A stretch of 62,761 nucleotides of DNA, counting the filler, from Vannella sp. (taxonomy: Eukaryota), in NCBI GenBank assembly GCA_023345925.1. It is 8 parts of 8 records of this genome, joined end to end, with 100 filler letters (N's around TTAATTAATTAA, not from the genome) between each part and the next. Parts side by side here need not be neighbours in the genome. Positions count along the whole stretch, not along the records: positions 42,616 to 47,866 come from JAJQQN010001066.1; positions 47,967 to 55,181 come from JAJQQN010000889.1; positions 55,282 to 62,761 come from JAJQQN010000043.1; 5 more parts are not named here. One strand, written 5' to 3'. The stretch's first letter is position 1. Every line of letters begins with the position of its first letter. The notes beneath the pieces are model-generated. The model ran no database searches, had not been told where the DNA came from, and was given only the letters and a program-made list of their open reading frames with translations. The translations under genes were made by a program, and so were the position numbers. This document shows positions 46,100 to 58,813 of this stretch, one piece after another.

Positions 46100-47842
46100 A
46101 TGGGGTCTCGAGAGGCAACGCGAGAGGTAGAGGTCGATGTCTACCTTCCTTTCATCCACAAGAAAGAAGTAAACAAGAAGCTCTTGACTCTAAAGAACCT
46201 CCAGGCGCTTGTCCAGTTCTTTGGGATCGAAGGCGACATCAAAAGTGTTGGAGATTGTGTGTCATCTCTGAACGAGCAGTCTTGGGTCCTCGCCACGAGG
46301 ACACTGTGCTTTGAAGAGCTCATTGTGTCTCAGTTGCGGCTCATCTTTGCCATCTTCCGTCAACCAGCGCCCTCAAGGCGACCCGAAATGGTGGAGCAAT
46401 TGAAGGCTCTGTTGGATAACAGCTACTCCAACTCTACAAACATATCATCATCCAAGATAGTGAAGCTCCCTTTCCGTCTGGCGGACATTGATGCATCCAA
46501 GTTCCCGGAAATCAAGGAAGAACTCTCCTTGGTGGTCGATCCTGATGGCAAAGTGGCCTTACAAAACCTTCAGAGCCTCTCTTTACCCACTCTTTGCTTC
46601 TGTTTGGGTCGATACCAAGCTGTTCTACCTCCTGGGGGTGTGTTCCCTCATAACAGGTCCTCCTTTCTCCAGTTTCTCGAGACTCCGAGTTCTTTCTCAA
46701 ACCTCCTTTCTAAGAGACCCAGCAACAAAACTGTGCGCACGGAGCTCGAACCTCTAGCGAAGAGGGTACGCGTGGGACCCACCAGTTCTCTTAAAGACCA
46801 ACAAGCAGTGTGGTTTTTGGAGCTTGACAACGAAAGCAAAGAAATCTTCTGGAACATCGATCCTGATGTACGCTTACAGGCTGCTAATAAGGGCATGTTA
46901 GAGTCACTGATTCAGAGCAAGAAAAAGAAGGATCAGAGCAAGAAAAAGGAGGATGAGGATAATCTCATTCTCTCCTACATTAACACACTGGAACCCAGTT
47001 GTCAGGAAGCTCAAATTGCTAATATGAATGATCCCAACACTCGCAGCATGCTTCTCGCCAAGGCCCGCATCTGGAAAATGAACCAATCAAAAGGAGAAGG
47101 CACTACCACTACGACAGGGAGGAGGGCCAGTTCCGCTGGGGCTCCCAAAGGAATGGCCAACCAACTGATCCAGGAGGTGGAAAACTTCGTGGAAGATCAA
47201 AGATGTGGAAAAGTCACTCTCGGTGATTCAACCGAATGGGACAGACACGAATTCGAAAGCTCTCTGAAAGACTGCAAGATCAACAACAAAGCTTTGAACC
47301 GCCTCCTTGATATCAAACTTTCAGCTCAAACCAAAGCTGATGCAAGAGATACTGCTGTTCTTTATGCCGATTACGGGAATGAGGATTTGTTTCAAGAAGC
47401 TACAAAGAAGTTGTTGGCAAAGTACGGCTTTCTGGATTACCACAAGAAAAATAAGAATGCCCCTTTGGTTCCGATCTCAATGCAACCCAGAATGGTATCT
47501 ACCAACACCGGAAAGTCCATTTTGTACACTTTCAACGCTCAGCCGGACTATTGCGTGAACTCCTACCCTGGGCTTCTGGAGCTCAAACATGATTCAGCGC
47601 TGTCAAAAGAACAAGTCTCTCGTACTGATTGCGAGGGTCTCAAGCAGTGCCTGGAGCGGCTCATACCTTTGATTTACAGACAGTCTCATCTTCTGAGAAT
47701 CAATTCCTTCGTCATGACATCGCGACGGATCTGGTTCCTATCCGCCCACGCATCCAGGCGCACAGGCAAATGGAACCTTCATATGAAAAGGATGGCGGCA
47801 CCCCGGGGCAACAGGGAACCCCGGCTCGTCCCACTTCGATAA
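46100..47842 (+). CDS. Intronless hypothetical protein with a C-terminal PD-(D/E)xK nuclease-like fold (Crinkler/RHS-like); 3' end next to the contig break
   Basis: QPDY..LLELKH..EGLKQCLERL..RQSHL..SFVMTSRRIWFL; N-terminal helical segments. Confidence 0.55.
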   Translation: MGSREATREVEVDVYLPFIHKKEVNKKLLTLKNLQALVQFFGIEGDIKSVGDCVSSLNEQSWVLATRTLCFEELIVSQLRLIFAIFRQPAPSRRPEMVEQLKALLDNSYSNSTNISSSKIVKLPFRLADIDASKFPEIKEELSLVVDPDGKVALQNLQSLSLPTLCFCLGRYQAVLPPGGVFPHNRSSFLQFLETPSSFSNLLSKRPSNKTVRTELEPLAKRVRVGPTSSLKDQQAVWFLELDNESKEIFWNIDPDVRLQAANKGMLESLIQSKKKKDQSKKKEDEDNLILSYINTLEPSCQEAQIANMNDPNTRSMLLAKARIWKMNQSKGEGTTTTTGRRASSAGAPKGMANQLIQEVENFVEDQRCGKVTLGDSTEWDRHEFESSLKDCKINNKALNRLLDIKLSAQTKADARDTAVLYADYGNEDLFQEATKKLLAKYGFLDYHKKNKNAPLVPISMQPRMVSTNTGKSILYTFNAQPDYCVNSYPGLLELKHDSALSKEQVSRTDCEGLKQCLERLIPLIYRQSHLLRINSFVMTSRRIWFLSAHASRRTGKWNLHMKRMAAPRGNREPRLVPLR

Positions 47843-48243
47843 AGATACTGTTCTTGAACGTGAGAGNNNNNNNNNNNNNNNNNNNNNNNNNNNNNNNNNN
47901 NNNNNNNNNNTTAATTAATTAANNNNNNNNNNNNNNNNNNNNNNNNNNNNNNNNNNNNNNNNNNNNGAGGGAAGAACGAGAGGACTAAGGTTGAAAGTCC
48001 ACAACCATCTCAAGGTGGAGCCCCAAAAGTACCTCAACCAAAACACATAAAAAGTTCATTGGTAAAGGTCCCGATCGAATTTAGAGATACTTTTCAACCA
48101 TGGCAGGGGACGTGGTTGATCTGGGCCGTGAACTTTCTCCGTGGCTAGCGGACGTGGTTGACTGGGGAGGTGAATTCTCTCGTTCCGGAAACCATTCGAA
48201 TAATTAGCAAAACTAATTTCTGTGGATGAAATCGATGGATTAA

Positions 48244-51200
48244 ATGGAGGGTTTGGATCATTCTCTGGCTGACCCGCTCATGTGTGAGGTTCATCAGAAG
48301 GCCTATCTGGAATGCCAGAAGTTGCTGGCATCAGGGGACTTTGATTTGGGGGAGATAAGTGAAGAGATCGTGCGGCTGGAAGAGTACCAGTCTCCTTCAT
48401 CAGCTACGCGGTGTGAGGTAACTTGGAGCCATAATGCGGTGGCGTACAAGTGCCAGGACTGTCAGTTCGATTCCACATGGTGTGTAGACACTCCACAAAT
48501 GACTGCATCTGCCTCTCATGCTCTATGTAGTGTTATTTGCGTTGATTGCTTCCAGGATAGTGATCACCGAGGGCACAACTGTACGTAGGCCAGATCTCTC
48601 GTTCGTAAGCTTCTCACTCCCATAAGACTCGATCATTCGAACTGGAGGTGGCTGCTGTGATTGTGGGGATCCTGAGGTAGGCCAGTGTTGTTGGAGGCCC
48701 CTTATCTAAGTCGTGTAGGCGTGGAATCCCAAAGGGTTCTGTACGAAGCATCGCATCCCAGAAGACCCGGTCCATCCCTCCCAACTGTTGAATCAAGACC
48801 TACAGCAGCGCCTCTTTGGTGCCTGTCAAGCTGTTGGAGAGACCTTCCACCGTTTCTCTGCTTGCTCCTTTCTCTCCAACGAGAAGAAAGAAACAGCACG
48901 CATAGCTATCTCTTTGCTAGGATGGATGAACTCCATCTGCAGACAGCTTGGTGATGCAGGGAAGTGGACCATCGGGAGCTTGTTCTACACTCCCTTCCGG
49001 TCGTTCCCGTCACCATTCGTTGTTGAAAATGGGTCTTCTCCGCAAGCAGAGAGTTGTTTGCTGCTCTCTCTCTTCCTAGCAGATGAATCTTTGGACAAAA
49101 AGCTCCAAGAAGAGCTCCACCGCTTCTACTTCACGTTGCTAGGCGACCCGCAGTTCAAGGAGAAGTTCGCGCGGTGCTTTACAAAGCACTATGAAGTGCA
49201 GTTGGGCTCCATAGAGCCACAGGAGACAAGAGCTTTGATGGCGTTCTCTGTCCAAATCTTCTCTACGCCCTCTCTCGCTCCCGTCTTTTTCCAGTCCAAG
49301 TTTATTCACAAGCTGGTCGCCCGCTACATCTCCAATTGGGATCTGCACATGATACGTGATAGTGGAGGGCCTGTTCGCTTGCAGCTGGACCGTGTTGGAA
49401 ACGAGGGATTCAGTCAAATGCGATTGGCTTATGACATTGGTTATATCTTGTCACTTCACGAGGTGGCGGAGCATCTCCTCTACAAGGATAACTGCAGTGT
49501 CTTAGACCGTCTTATTGGACTGAACGCTGATGTCAATGAAGGGCAGGTGCACATTCGAGTGCCTTCCAATCATGACTGCTTAGATGAAAACAACCGGTGG
49601 AAAGTTATGTGGGAACTGGAAGAACGACTCCAAGCATTCAATAGCAGGCTATCCAAAGGACTTTCCGCTTCGGAACAGGAGAGACCGGCCACCGTTGAGC
49701 TTCTTCGTTCGATCGTGAGCAAAAGCGTTTATGCGATGGGACATACTGTGATGTTCAAGACTTCTGATGAAGGAGCGGACAACAGAATCGCAAAGTTCAC
49801 TGTTTCCAAGGGCCGAGTGACTTTGCACATCCCGTTGCACAAGTTTGTTGCTTCCCTCTTGATAACAGCGATTCAGGGAAAGATCTCTTTACAGGAGATT
49901 GCAGGAGACAATAGAGTCGCCTTTACTTCCTATCTGGTTGAGCACCCACTACGGAAGCAGGTGTTGGTGGCCCAGGTAGAAGCCCTAATGTGGCGGCGGA
50001 ATGGGACCCGCTTTGAGTGGAGTGTTTATTTGCAACGCTACTCTCCAACGTACCCAGGCCTTTACAGTGAGCTCTTCCTCATTCAGTGTGCAGCTGCTCT
50101 CGCCGATCCCCAGCATTTCTATGAGCTCCTTATTAGCCGCTACGAGCTTAAGGGAGCCCTTTGCAGTTTTAATCCTCAGGATCTCATTCTTCATCCTGAA
50201 TGTGAACCAAGTCAGATCATTTGCATCGTGGAGCACCTCCTGGAGCTGATTGCGATTGTTGTTACCAATCGAGCACTGTCTGGGGAGGTATCTGAAGAGG
50301 CGTCTATTCGATACCACCTTCTTCACCTCTTGTTTTTGCGACCTTCAACGCACAGTAAGTTGGTGAGCGCCATCAGCAGCAAGTACGCAAAACACTCCAA
50401 GCTGAAAATTATTCTCGATGAGGTTTCCAACTTTGATTCCCGCCCGATTCAGCGAGGAGAGCCTGGACTTTTCACTGTCAAGGAGGAGTTGTGGACCGAG
50501 TTTGATCCTTATTACCTCCACTACTCTTTGACTAACCGTCAGAAAGTTCAAGAGAGTTACGTAGAGCATTTCAGACGATTGAACCCGACGTGCGCTGTTG
50601 AAGATGTGCCACGTATTCTTCCTGTGAACCTTCCTCCTCCTGCTTCAGAGAGCTTCACTGGCCTTTTGAATCTCTTGCAGTCAAGAGTCCTTCACCAGTT
50701 ATTATTCTGGCAACTCTTGAACGCGGTTGAATTGGTTCCAGAAGGAGATAACGTTGAGCAAGGATTATTGACATCTGATATTGCGCTTCATCATACCCTC
50801 CGCCTGTTCTGGCTTTCTGCAGTGAGTTGCACAATTGCGACGAACCAGCACCAGCCTTCATCTCCTGACAATGAAGCCTGTGGAGGACCTCTCTGTTTGC
50901 CATTCAACTGTGATGACATCATTGACAACTCTCTCCAGACCTTTTACATTCTATCTCCTGCGGGTGGTGGAAAAACTCTCCGCCATTCTTTGCTTTCTCT
51001 GCTCTGCGACATCCAGAAGTCAAGAAAGAACCTTCGTCCTTTCGTCAGTCGCATCTTGGACGCTCTCAAGGAGAAAGGCCGAGGGAAGATGGTCGAGGCA
51101 ATAGAAAGCCTTCAGAAGGGTTATCTATCCGAAGAACCAAGCCAACTTGGCGAGGGGCAGTCTACCATAGCACTTGCTAAGCAAAGACAAATACTGGAAG

Positions 51201-53293
51201 CCTTTAAGGAAAGGCAATCCTCTTTCCTACTCAGCTCCGATGAATTCGTGGATGATGAAGACCTTGACGACGACGAACCCATTTGTGCGGTTTGCAAAGA
51301 GGCATGCACCCCTTCTCCCTCTCGCCCTGTTGGTCGGGTGGCATATCAGCATCTCTCTCAAACATTTCAAAGTCACCAATCCTGTCATGAAGGACCTGCA
51401 ACGTCCATCTCTCCGATGAGTGTGAGAAGAGTGATGGAGGAAGCCAGCTTTCCTCGCTCTCTTTTGGATACTCTTTTACAACAAATGAGAGAGGACGTTG
51501 AAATGGAAGACGTCGAGGCCTTCCTTGGCCATCATCAAAACTCCCCAATGCCTGATGCGCAGGCACAGTTAGCAGCAGAAGTGGAGGCAACAGAAGATAA
51601 GGAGGAACTTGAAGTCCCCAAGTCTGTCTGGGAGCAAACTATCCGCCCTACCTCCTCACTTGACATTCGATTCTGCCAGCACACTATCCACGTTAGCTGC
51701 TTCCAAGGCTACTTTGACTCGTTAGTCGCTCAATCTTTTCGACAATTCGGACTCAATCTTGCCGCGGGCGAGTTCTTCTGCCCGCTGTGCCGCGCTCTAT
51801 CGAATATTATTATTCCACTCCCTCCTCAAGATCTTCTCCGGCATGATCCAATGGAGGAGGAAGGAGAAGTCTGCCATGACTCATCAAGGAGCATGTATGA
51901 TACCTTCATTATGAATGCTGTTCGAGTGATGAACATGAAGGAGCCTCCCGCTTATGCACCTTTTAATGTGGCTTACGACGTTGTGTACATGAACGCAGTA
52001 AGTAGCGCGTGGTGTGTCGTTCTGGGAAGGTTCTAATACTCTGTGACAGCTTCGCTCCTTTATCGAACGGCTGGACTTTTCTTCGAGAGACCAACCAACT
52101 CCGTCTATTTCCTTGCTTGCCCAGCACCGAGCTGATGTCCAGCAGCTTTATCAATCTCTCAGAGGGTACCGAAACTGCTGCCTCTTAACGAAAAATTTCC
52201 AAGTCTCTTCAAGCCTCAAATGTGCTGCCTCTCTTGCAACAGCAATTAGAGGTGGGGATGAGAAAGAGAACCCCTTGTTCCCTTCCGCGCTTCTCTCTGC
52301 AGATTTGTTTGCCGTCCTTCTTGGCAGAATCTTCTATTGGCCTTCCCCAATGACTGTGGACGAGTTTGATGGGGAGATTCGGGTTCTCCTCGTTGCCCAG
52401 ATCCTTCAGATATTCTTAGTTCCTGATTCAGTGGAGAGTATCCTTCTTGACTCGTACGTTGACCTTGGCCCAATGAGCCCAGAAGTGTTGACCCTTGCTA
52501 CCACACTCCTTGGACGATTGATGACAGAGAAGGAATGTGGCGTTCTCAAACTGAAGTTGTTTGCATTCCTTAGAAAGGTTTACATTCTCCGTAGCACTCT
52601 GTTTGATGTCTTCTTCTCGGAACTGCCGGACGGATCCGGCGGTGCCCCTCTCCTTGAGATCTTTAATTCGGTTCTGCCAAGTTTCCAGCAAATGCCAATG
52701 GATGAGATAGAGCATTACCGCTCTATTTGGAAGGGCCAGTTGAGTCAAGATGGCCTTCTGAAGTCCATTAGGGAATGCGAAGCGTTTGCTAGCTTCCGAT
52801 TTGTGCCCTTACCAGAGACCTACGTCTTCTCTTATGAGAAGAAGTATACTTCTTTCACTTGTCCTCACTGTTCAGCAGTCCCATCAGAGACTTTCATGTG
52901 CCTCATCTGTGAGACTCTTTTACCCCAATGTAAAACTCGGAATTGTCGAGTGAGAGGGCTCGGAGAGTGCAACAGAGTAAGTTCAAAGCCTTCCTACCCA
53001 AATCATGAGTCTCTAACTGTCTCCAGCACATGGACAAGTGCGGAGGTGTGGGAGTATTCCTCATGATTAATGCCACCCTCATCCTCATCCTTCAAGGAGA
53101 AATTGGGTGCTACTGGGGCTCTCTGTACGTTGACGAGCACGGTGAGATTGATGAGAACCGGACTAGAGGCAAGGAGCTGTTCCTAAGCCAAGTGAAACTC
53201 GCCGAACTAAGGAAAGGAGTGATGGACTTCTCCCTTCGCCCCATCTGCAACAAGAAGAGAATCCCTGGTTATGAGGATTGGAGGCGCTTTTAA
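48244..53293 (+). CDS. N-end rule E3 ligase, UBR1/2/3 (PRT6-like) family; multi-exon; start uncertain
   Basis: UBR box C..AYKCQDC..ICVDCF..H.GH..GGCCDCGDPEAW..C.KH; SVQIFSTPSL; HIPLHKF; WRRNG; split RING CAVC..CQHTIHVSC..FFCPLCRALSN; SLYVDEHGE. Confidence 0.93.
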
Positions 53294-53334
53294 GTCAGAT
53301 GAACCATCTCTGGACCTTGACAGAGGTCTAGCGC

Positions 53335-54818
53335 TCACAACTGAGCGCTAAAGTGGACTGGAAAGCAGTCCAAAGTGTCGATATTGACTAAAGCGATTGT
53401 TGGTTCGACGGAGAATCGCGGCACAGAAACTATTCGGACTCGCTGTCCATCAGGGCCAGTGAATAGCTTGGAAGCAAACGAAGCCTGATTGCCGAAGAAG
53501 AAGACGTGGGGACTCTCGTGGAGGATGAAAGGATCCTCAGTCTCGGAGGGATATGCTGCAAGAGTGTTGGGGGCTGTTGGGGCCAAGTGGCGGAGTGATA
53601 GCAGCTGATAGGCAGTCTCTAAGGGATCTACAATGTCTGTAAACTGAGAGAGACTCTCAATCTCTTCACCTGAGCTCCCAAGAACGAAAGTTCCTTCTCC
53701 CAGCACTGATCCGTGTGGTGCAGGCACCAAATGGAAGGAGGAGAGCTTGCTAGCTAAAGGGAAGAGGCATGAACTTAGTGGTTGATGAGGCAATGTCAGA
53801 TTGGTGGGATCTGAAGCACCAGGCATCATATCCACGTCTACGCAGCTCGCGAGCTCGGATATATCAATGTCGAGGTCCCTGAGGAGGTTGATATAGTTCT
53901 GCTTCTCAGCGGTCTCGTCTTGCTTCTCTTTAAGCTGCTCTCGGATCAAAGAGCGGTCAGGAGTGGCCCGTGGAGGGAAACTGTCTCCAGCAACGACCAC
54001 TCGAACGATGCGTCTAACCACGTCTTCTTGCTCCTGAAGGCCACCCAAGTGCCCTTCCATGTAGTTCAGCATCATCTGGCGCTCCAAAGGAGACGAATCC
54101 GCCAGTCCTGAGACAATGGCGAGGAAGCGACCTTCGTTTGTCGGCTCTGGCAGGGGCGCCTGGGGTGGCAAACCCGCGATACAGAAGTCATCCACGTAAA
54201 GAATACCTTCACTCTCTTTCCCTCGGACGGCCACCACGCTACCGTGGGGAATCGAGTGAACGGAGGTCTCCCATGTGCCTTTCTGGGGCAGAAGCTGGAT
54301 CCGACCACTCTCGTCTTCGATCCAGATCTTGTCCTCTTGGTTGAGGAACTTCACACCTTGTGGGATGGCGTTGATCGCGCGCTTCGATCACATTGTGAGG
54401 GAAAGGCGGAGAAGAGTCGAGTGGGGACGTACCTCCTTGGTGTATTGCTGTAATACAGTTGGAAGAAGCTTCAGCTCTTTCACTAGAGTGCCAATGAGGG
54501 TAACACTCTGCTCAGGGCGAAGATCTATGGTTCGGAGAAGGACGTTTGGGTCATTCCACCGTGACTGGGCGACTTCTGAGAGTACTGGACGCAGTGTTTC
54601 AAGCCTCTGACAGTAGACAGAGAAGTACTGATCCCCAAAGTCACTCTTCTTCAACAAAAAGGGCTCATCCCGAGAAGCAATCGCCGCTTCCATCCTCAGA
54701 AAGCGCTCACCGTCACCCTCAGCCTTTCTCTTCGATAGCAAGCCATCTGCGCTTCTACACCAACCATTCAATACCACATTCAGACCCACATCTCGCCTCA
54801 CCTCTTGCTTCCCGGCAT
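53335..54818 (-). CDS. POLD2: DNA polymerase delta small subunit; introns 54755-54801 and about 54384-54432
   Basis: QYFSVYCQRL, LIGTLVKELKLLP, IEDESGRIQL, VVVAGDS, VDMMPGASDPTNLTLPHQPL, RHLAPTAPNTL, DPFIL..PHVFFFGNQ, VPRFS. Confidence 0.93.
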
Positions 54819-54950
54819 GTGCATGAATGACAATCTTTTCCCGCCCAAAATGCCCCTCTCTGTTGGTCCAATGCCCAGAATAGGGCAAAACCCTTTATAA
54901 ATGTATTTGATAGGAGAATCAATCGCCAATTCATTCATTCATTCATTGGG

Positions 54951-55181
54951 ATGCCGTCGGGCTTGCACACGCTTCTCCTCTCCCTCGAAGGGGGCCTTTT
55001 AGCTTTTGGAAGCAATAGGGAAGGTCAACTTGGCCTTGGTCACAAGAGAGACATATGGAATCCGGTTGAGGTCCCCTGGGATGGTCCAGAGGTGGTTCAG
55101 GTGGACTGGGGATGGGAACACTCCCTCGTTCTTGATGCGGAGGGCGGTGTGTGGGAGGCTGGTTGCTCTCAGTCCTCTCCT
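54951..55181 (+). CDS. RCC1-repeat family paralogue, 3' truncated by the contig end; preceded by a short (ATTC)n run
   Basis: MPSGLHTLLLSLEGGLLAFGSNREGQLGLGH..VQVDWGWEHSLVLDAEGGVWEAG closely matches the N-terminus of 5556..6605. Confidence 0.88.
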
Positions 55182-55281
55182 NNNNNNNNNNNNNNNNNNN
55201 NNNNNNNNNNNNNNNNNNNNNNNNNTTAATTAATTAANNNNNNNNNNNNNNNNNNNNNNNNNNNNNNNNNNNNNNNNNNNN

Positions 55282-56238
55282 GGCTACTTTGCAACTGCAA
55301 GCCTCATCTTGGGCCTCCTTCACCGTGTTTCCCTCTCCGAACCCGCAAAGATGTCCGCCCCTGCCTTGGCAGCTATCTTCGTTGACTTCTTCCTTCGGCC
55401 ATCCTTCTACGTGTTCTACAGAGAGAGTGACCGCGGGATCCTGCCCATGATCATGGAGTGGATGATCACAGAGTACGAGTACCTCTTCCGAGAGGCTACT
55501 GCAGTCGCAGGGCTCCACGAGGGACATGAGTTTAAGCAACCTCCTCTCGCGGTCTCTGTACGTAGAGCTCCAGCGATGCCACGCCAACCAAGCATCCGGC
55601 ACAACGACATTGTTACGAACAATGTCAATCGGAGGCCGATCTACTTCATGCAGCAGGCTAAGCTTCAAAAGGAGGTTCAAGACTCTCAAGAGACATCTTG
55701 TGGAGATACAGAGGGCACTGGGGTCTCCTCACCTACCGCTTCAGCCCCTTTGCTTGAGGTGGAACCGGAAGATCTGATCCCTCTCTCTCCCCGTGATGCT
55801 CAGGAAGCTGAAGTGAAGGAGGAGGGTGCAGATTTCACTGAAGAAGAGGAAGATACGTACAATGAAGAGGAGAGTCGCAAGACAGATGAGATGATGGGAG
55901 TCATTGACGAGCTGGAAGAGTCAATTGTTGAGTCTTCCCCCTTTGATGAGCCTTCTTTGGCTGAAGAAGTCCAACCAGATCCTTCAGAAGAGGAAGTGAA
56001 CTCCATGCTCCAACGGAAGGGCAAAAAGGCACTTTTCAGTCCCACTTCCAATCTCGCTGGGACTCAAAAGAACAGCAACCCCATGCTCCACATCTCTGGC
56101 AATGAAACAGAAGGTGTTACAGACGCCCAAGACTCATCCCAAAGTGTCTCAAATGAGCAACTAGAAGAGCGCAAAGAAGCGCTCCAGTTTGAGGAAGTCT
56201 ATGTGGAAGCGGAAGTAACATTGGAAGACACGCTTTGA
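55282..56238 (+). CDS. RhoGAP-domain C-terminus plus acidic tail, 5' truncated
   Basis: LGLLHRVS..KMSAPALAAIF..FLRP..MEWMITEYEYLF resembles the last RhoGAP helices. Confidence 0.65.
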   Translation, partial: GYFATASLILGLLHRVSLSEPAKMSAPALAAIFVDFFLRPSFYVFYRESDRGILPMIMEWMITEYEYLFREATAVAGLHEGHEFKQPPLAVSVRRAPAMPRQPSIRHNDIVTNNVNRRPIYFMQQAKLQKEVQDSQETSCGDTEGTGVSSPTASAPLLEVEPEDLIPLSPRDAQEAEVKEEGADFTEEEEDTYNEEESRKTDEMMGVIDELEESIVESSPFDEPSLAEEVQPDPSEEEVNSMLQRKGKKALFSPTSNLAGTQKNSNPMLHISGNETEGVTDAQDSSQSVSNEQLEERKEALQFEEVYVEAEVTLEDTL

Positions 56239-56276
56239 TAGAATGAATAGTACATACTTATATATTCCCTTCTCCT

Positions 56277-58250
56277 TTACGATCTCCTGTGCAAAGTGGT
56301 CAGCCGACTACTGAGGGACCGAAGAGTCTCCAAACTAGATTGAGGTTCCAAAGGTGCTGGTTCAGTTGGTGAAACAGTACCGCTCCCTCCAGAATTGGAG
56401 AGCACCCGAGATACCGGAGCCAGATCGTCTACGCTTTTTTGCTTCGGCATTTCGGGACAAACTTGACGTTTCGGTCTTGGGTGAGCGGAAAGTCCCTTGG
56501 CTCTGTCACACTGCAAAAGTAACTTTTCGTATTCACTCCAAGTCAAAACGCGAGGTTCCAGAAGGAGAGACCTCTGAAATAGTGCTTCATCGTCTTGCAA
56601 AGTCCAAGTGGCAATCCACTCTTGAAAAGGAGGCAATTCTCGAAAAATAAGATGAAAGCCAAGGAGCTGGTACTGCTGAATGAGCTGAATGATGTTGCTT
56701 AGCATAGTACACTTCTCGAAATTGATCAAATCGCCTGTGGTGACGGTTGGGTTCCCGTCCTCAATGAAAGTGAGATCTTTCAGATACAATCCAATAAACG
56801 GCACTAAAGGTGGGTCACAGTAGGAGATATGCTGGCGCAGCTGTTTGTAATTCCTATCAGGGGTGAGTATCTCACTTATTTTGTTCCTCTGAGCAGTCCA
56901 ATCATCTCCTAATTCCTCCCATGTCCGCTTCAGTCTGCTAACAGGCAAAGACTCCAACCCTGTATGGACCGCCAAAGCAGAACTTATATCATTGATCTTC
57001 AGCAACTCCTAATGAGGATTAGTAGAGTCTACCTCCCAAGTACGGATGTACGAACTCCTAAAAGAAGGATAAACCAGCGGAGGGCTCTCACTCGATGTCC
57101 AAGCTTGGGATATGAAAGTATACTGGAAGAAGTCCAATGCGTAACCTTCCTTGAGAATTAGTGTCTCTAGGGGTCCCTAGTGCCTGGAGAAGGCCTACCG
57201 TATTGAAAAAGTCAATAGCAGCAAGTACGTTGGGAGCGGTTATCTCTTTCTGTGAGCTACTCCACGCCTGATTGAGGAGCTCCGTAGGTACTATACGAGA
57301 GTAGTATCGAAAACTTGTGATAGACAGCTGGCGAGCTACTTCGATGGGGGAGCTTAGCCCAACTGCCAAAGCCCCATCTGAATCAAGAATGGACGGAGGG
57401 AACTCCTGAACCATCTGCTGCTCATCCTTGGAAGGTCCATCAAGTCTCTCTGCTGTACTTCTAAGATGAGAAGCTCTAAGAGCCCATTGAGGATGACTCT
57501 CCACAGAACGAAGGAAATCCTTAAACAGCTCCTTCATCTCAGCACTATCGGAAAAGTCGTAGTTCCAGTGACCTTCTATCCACCCTTTGAGAGTACCTAA
57601 GACTCGCACCAACACCTCAACCGAAGAGGAGATCATGGCTTCTTGAAACCGCTGGCTCAGGGCTTTGAGCAGTCGTGGGGGCGACCAGAAGGTCCGGAAT
57701 GTCATCAAGTACGTTGTACGGAACTCTACGTCTTCAACCCTGAAGTAAGAAACGATCAAAGCCGGCTTGTCATACGCGTACCGCTCAATCCCGAGGTCAG
57801 GTGGTGGAAAAGTGCTGACGGGCTTCCTTCACAAACGAGTTGGCCCTCAGCAGAGAACCCTGGTGGGAGACATCCGTTAGTGACCTCTATTCGTACACTG
57901 ATCCTTGGAGTGTTGAAGTTGATGGGGGGGACAGCGGGAACGTCCTTTGAGTTAGTTCTTGTCCGCTTTCTCCTGCTGGGCGGATGCTCCAGTGACTTTG
58001 TCTCTCCACCTGAACTTGTTTTGAGACAGTTGTGCAAAGTGGAAGAGCGAAGGCGCCCAGTAGTCAAAGGCGAACCCTCAACATGGATTACGGTTTGGAG
58101 GTCATCTCGGGAAGTGGATGGCATCTCCAGTCCTGCTGAGGTTGTCCGAAAGACTATCACGTCAGTCTCAACACCAGGCAGAGCAAGCGAAGAGGACCTC
58201 TTCCGCATCGCCCTTGGACGCTGTATGGACACCTGTGGAGAAGACGGCAT
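56277..58250 (-). CDS. Second RasGEF (REM + CDC25); multi-exon
   Basis: YLMTFRTF, LKGWIEGH, SPIEVARQL, APNVLAAIDFFN, VSRLKRTW, PPLVPFIGLYLKDLTFIEDGN, INFEK, SLLLEPR. Confidence 0.92.
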
Positions 58251-58724
58251 CCTCTCCCTCCTTAAGGGCAGAATTAAAACTGAAACTTGACTCTGGTCCC
58301 TTTCCAACCGTCTCCGTGAAATTGGGATCCCCCATTTCCTGATGATCGGTTCAGTCGCAAGTTTATTGCTTTCAGAGCCACCGCCGAGGGAAGTTTGACC
58401 TTGACAATGTTGATTGAGGAAGAAGTGGTTCAGGGAAATTGTGGTCTCTCCAGAAGAGAGTGATAGATACAAAAATTGCAAGTCCGACCCGAAGGTCGTA
58501 CTGCGGAGCATTGGATTTAGTTTTCAACTAGCAATATTGTGTTTCCCTTATCGGTCACAAACGACAACATTTGACCCAGCGCAAAGAATGTTTCCTGACT
58601 TCTGTCTTGGTGGTGTCTTCCCTGATGCTCGCCCAAAAGATTGTGGGACATTGAGCGAACAAATTTTGGTCAGACAGATTTGGGGCTATTCTTCTTCCAG
58701 TTCAGGTATGTTGCCACGCAAAAC

Positions 58725-58813
58725 GAAGTAGAATGATGAAACGAATCACGACGGTCATATGAACTCTGTGATTACCATCGTTGGGATTAACCCCCCTTGT
58801 CTGAACCTACTTC
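58725..58813 (+). ncRNA. Box C/D snoRNA, probable snR73/SNORD35 orthologue guiding 2'-O-methylation of LSU rRNA
   Basis: Terminal stem GAAGTAG (58725-31)/CTACTTC (58807-13); C box ATGATGA 58733; guide TCACGACGGTC 58746-56, complementary to conserved LSU GACCGUCGUGA; D' ATGA 58759; C' GTGATTA 58768; D CTGA 58801. Confidence 0.88.

Noticed and set aside
28058..53293. Apparent clustering of N-degron genes (UBR7, UBR1-type) and of two RasGEFs
   Set aside because: They are on different contigs joined artificially, so co-occurrence carries no linkage information
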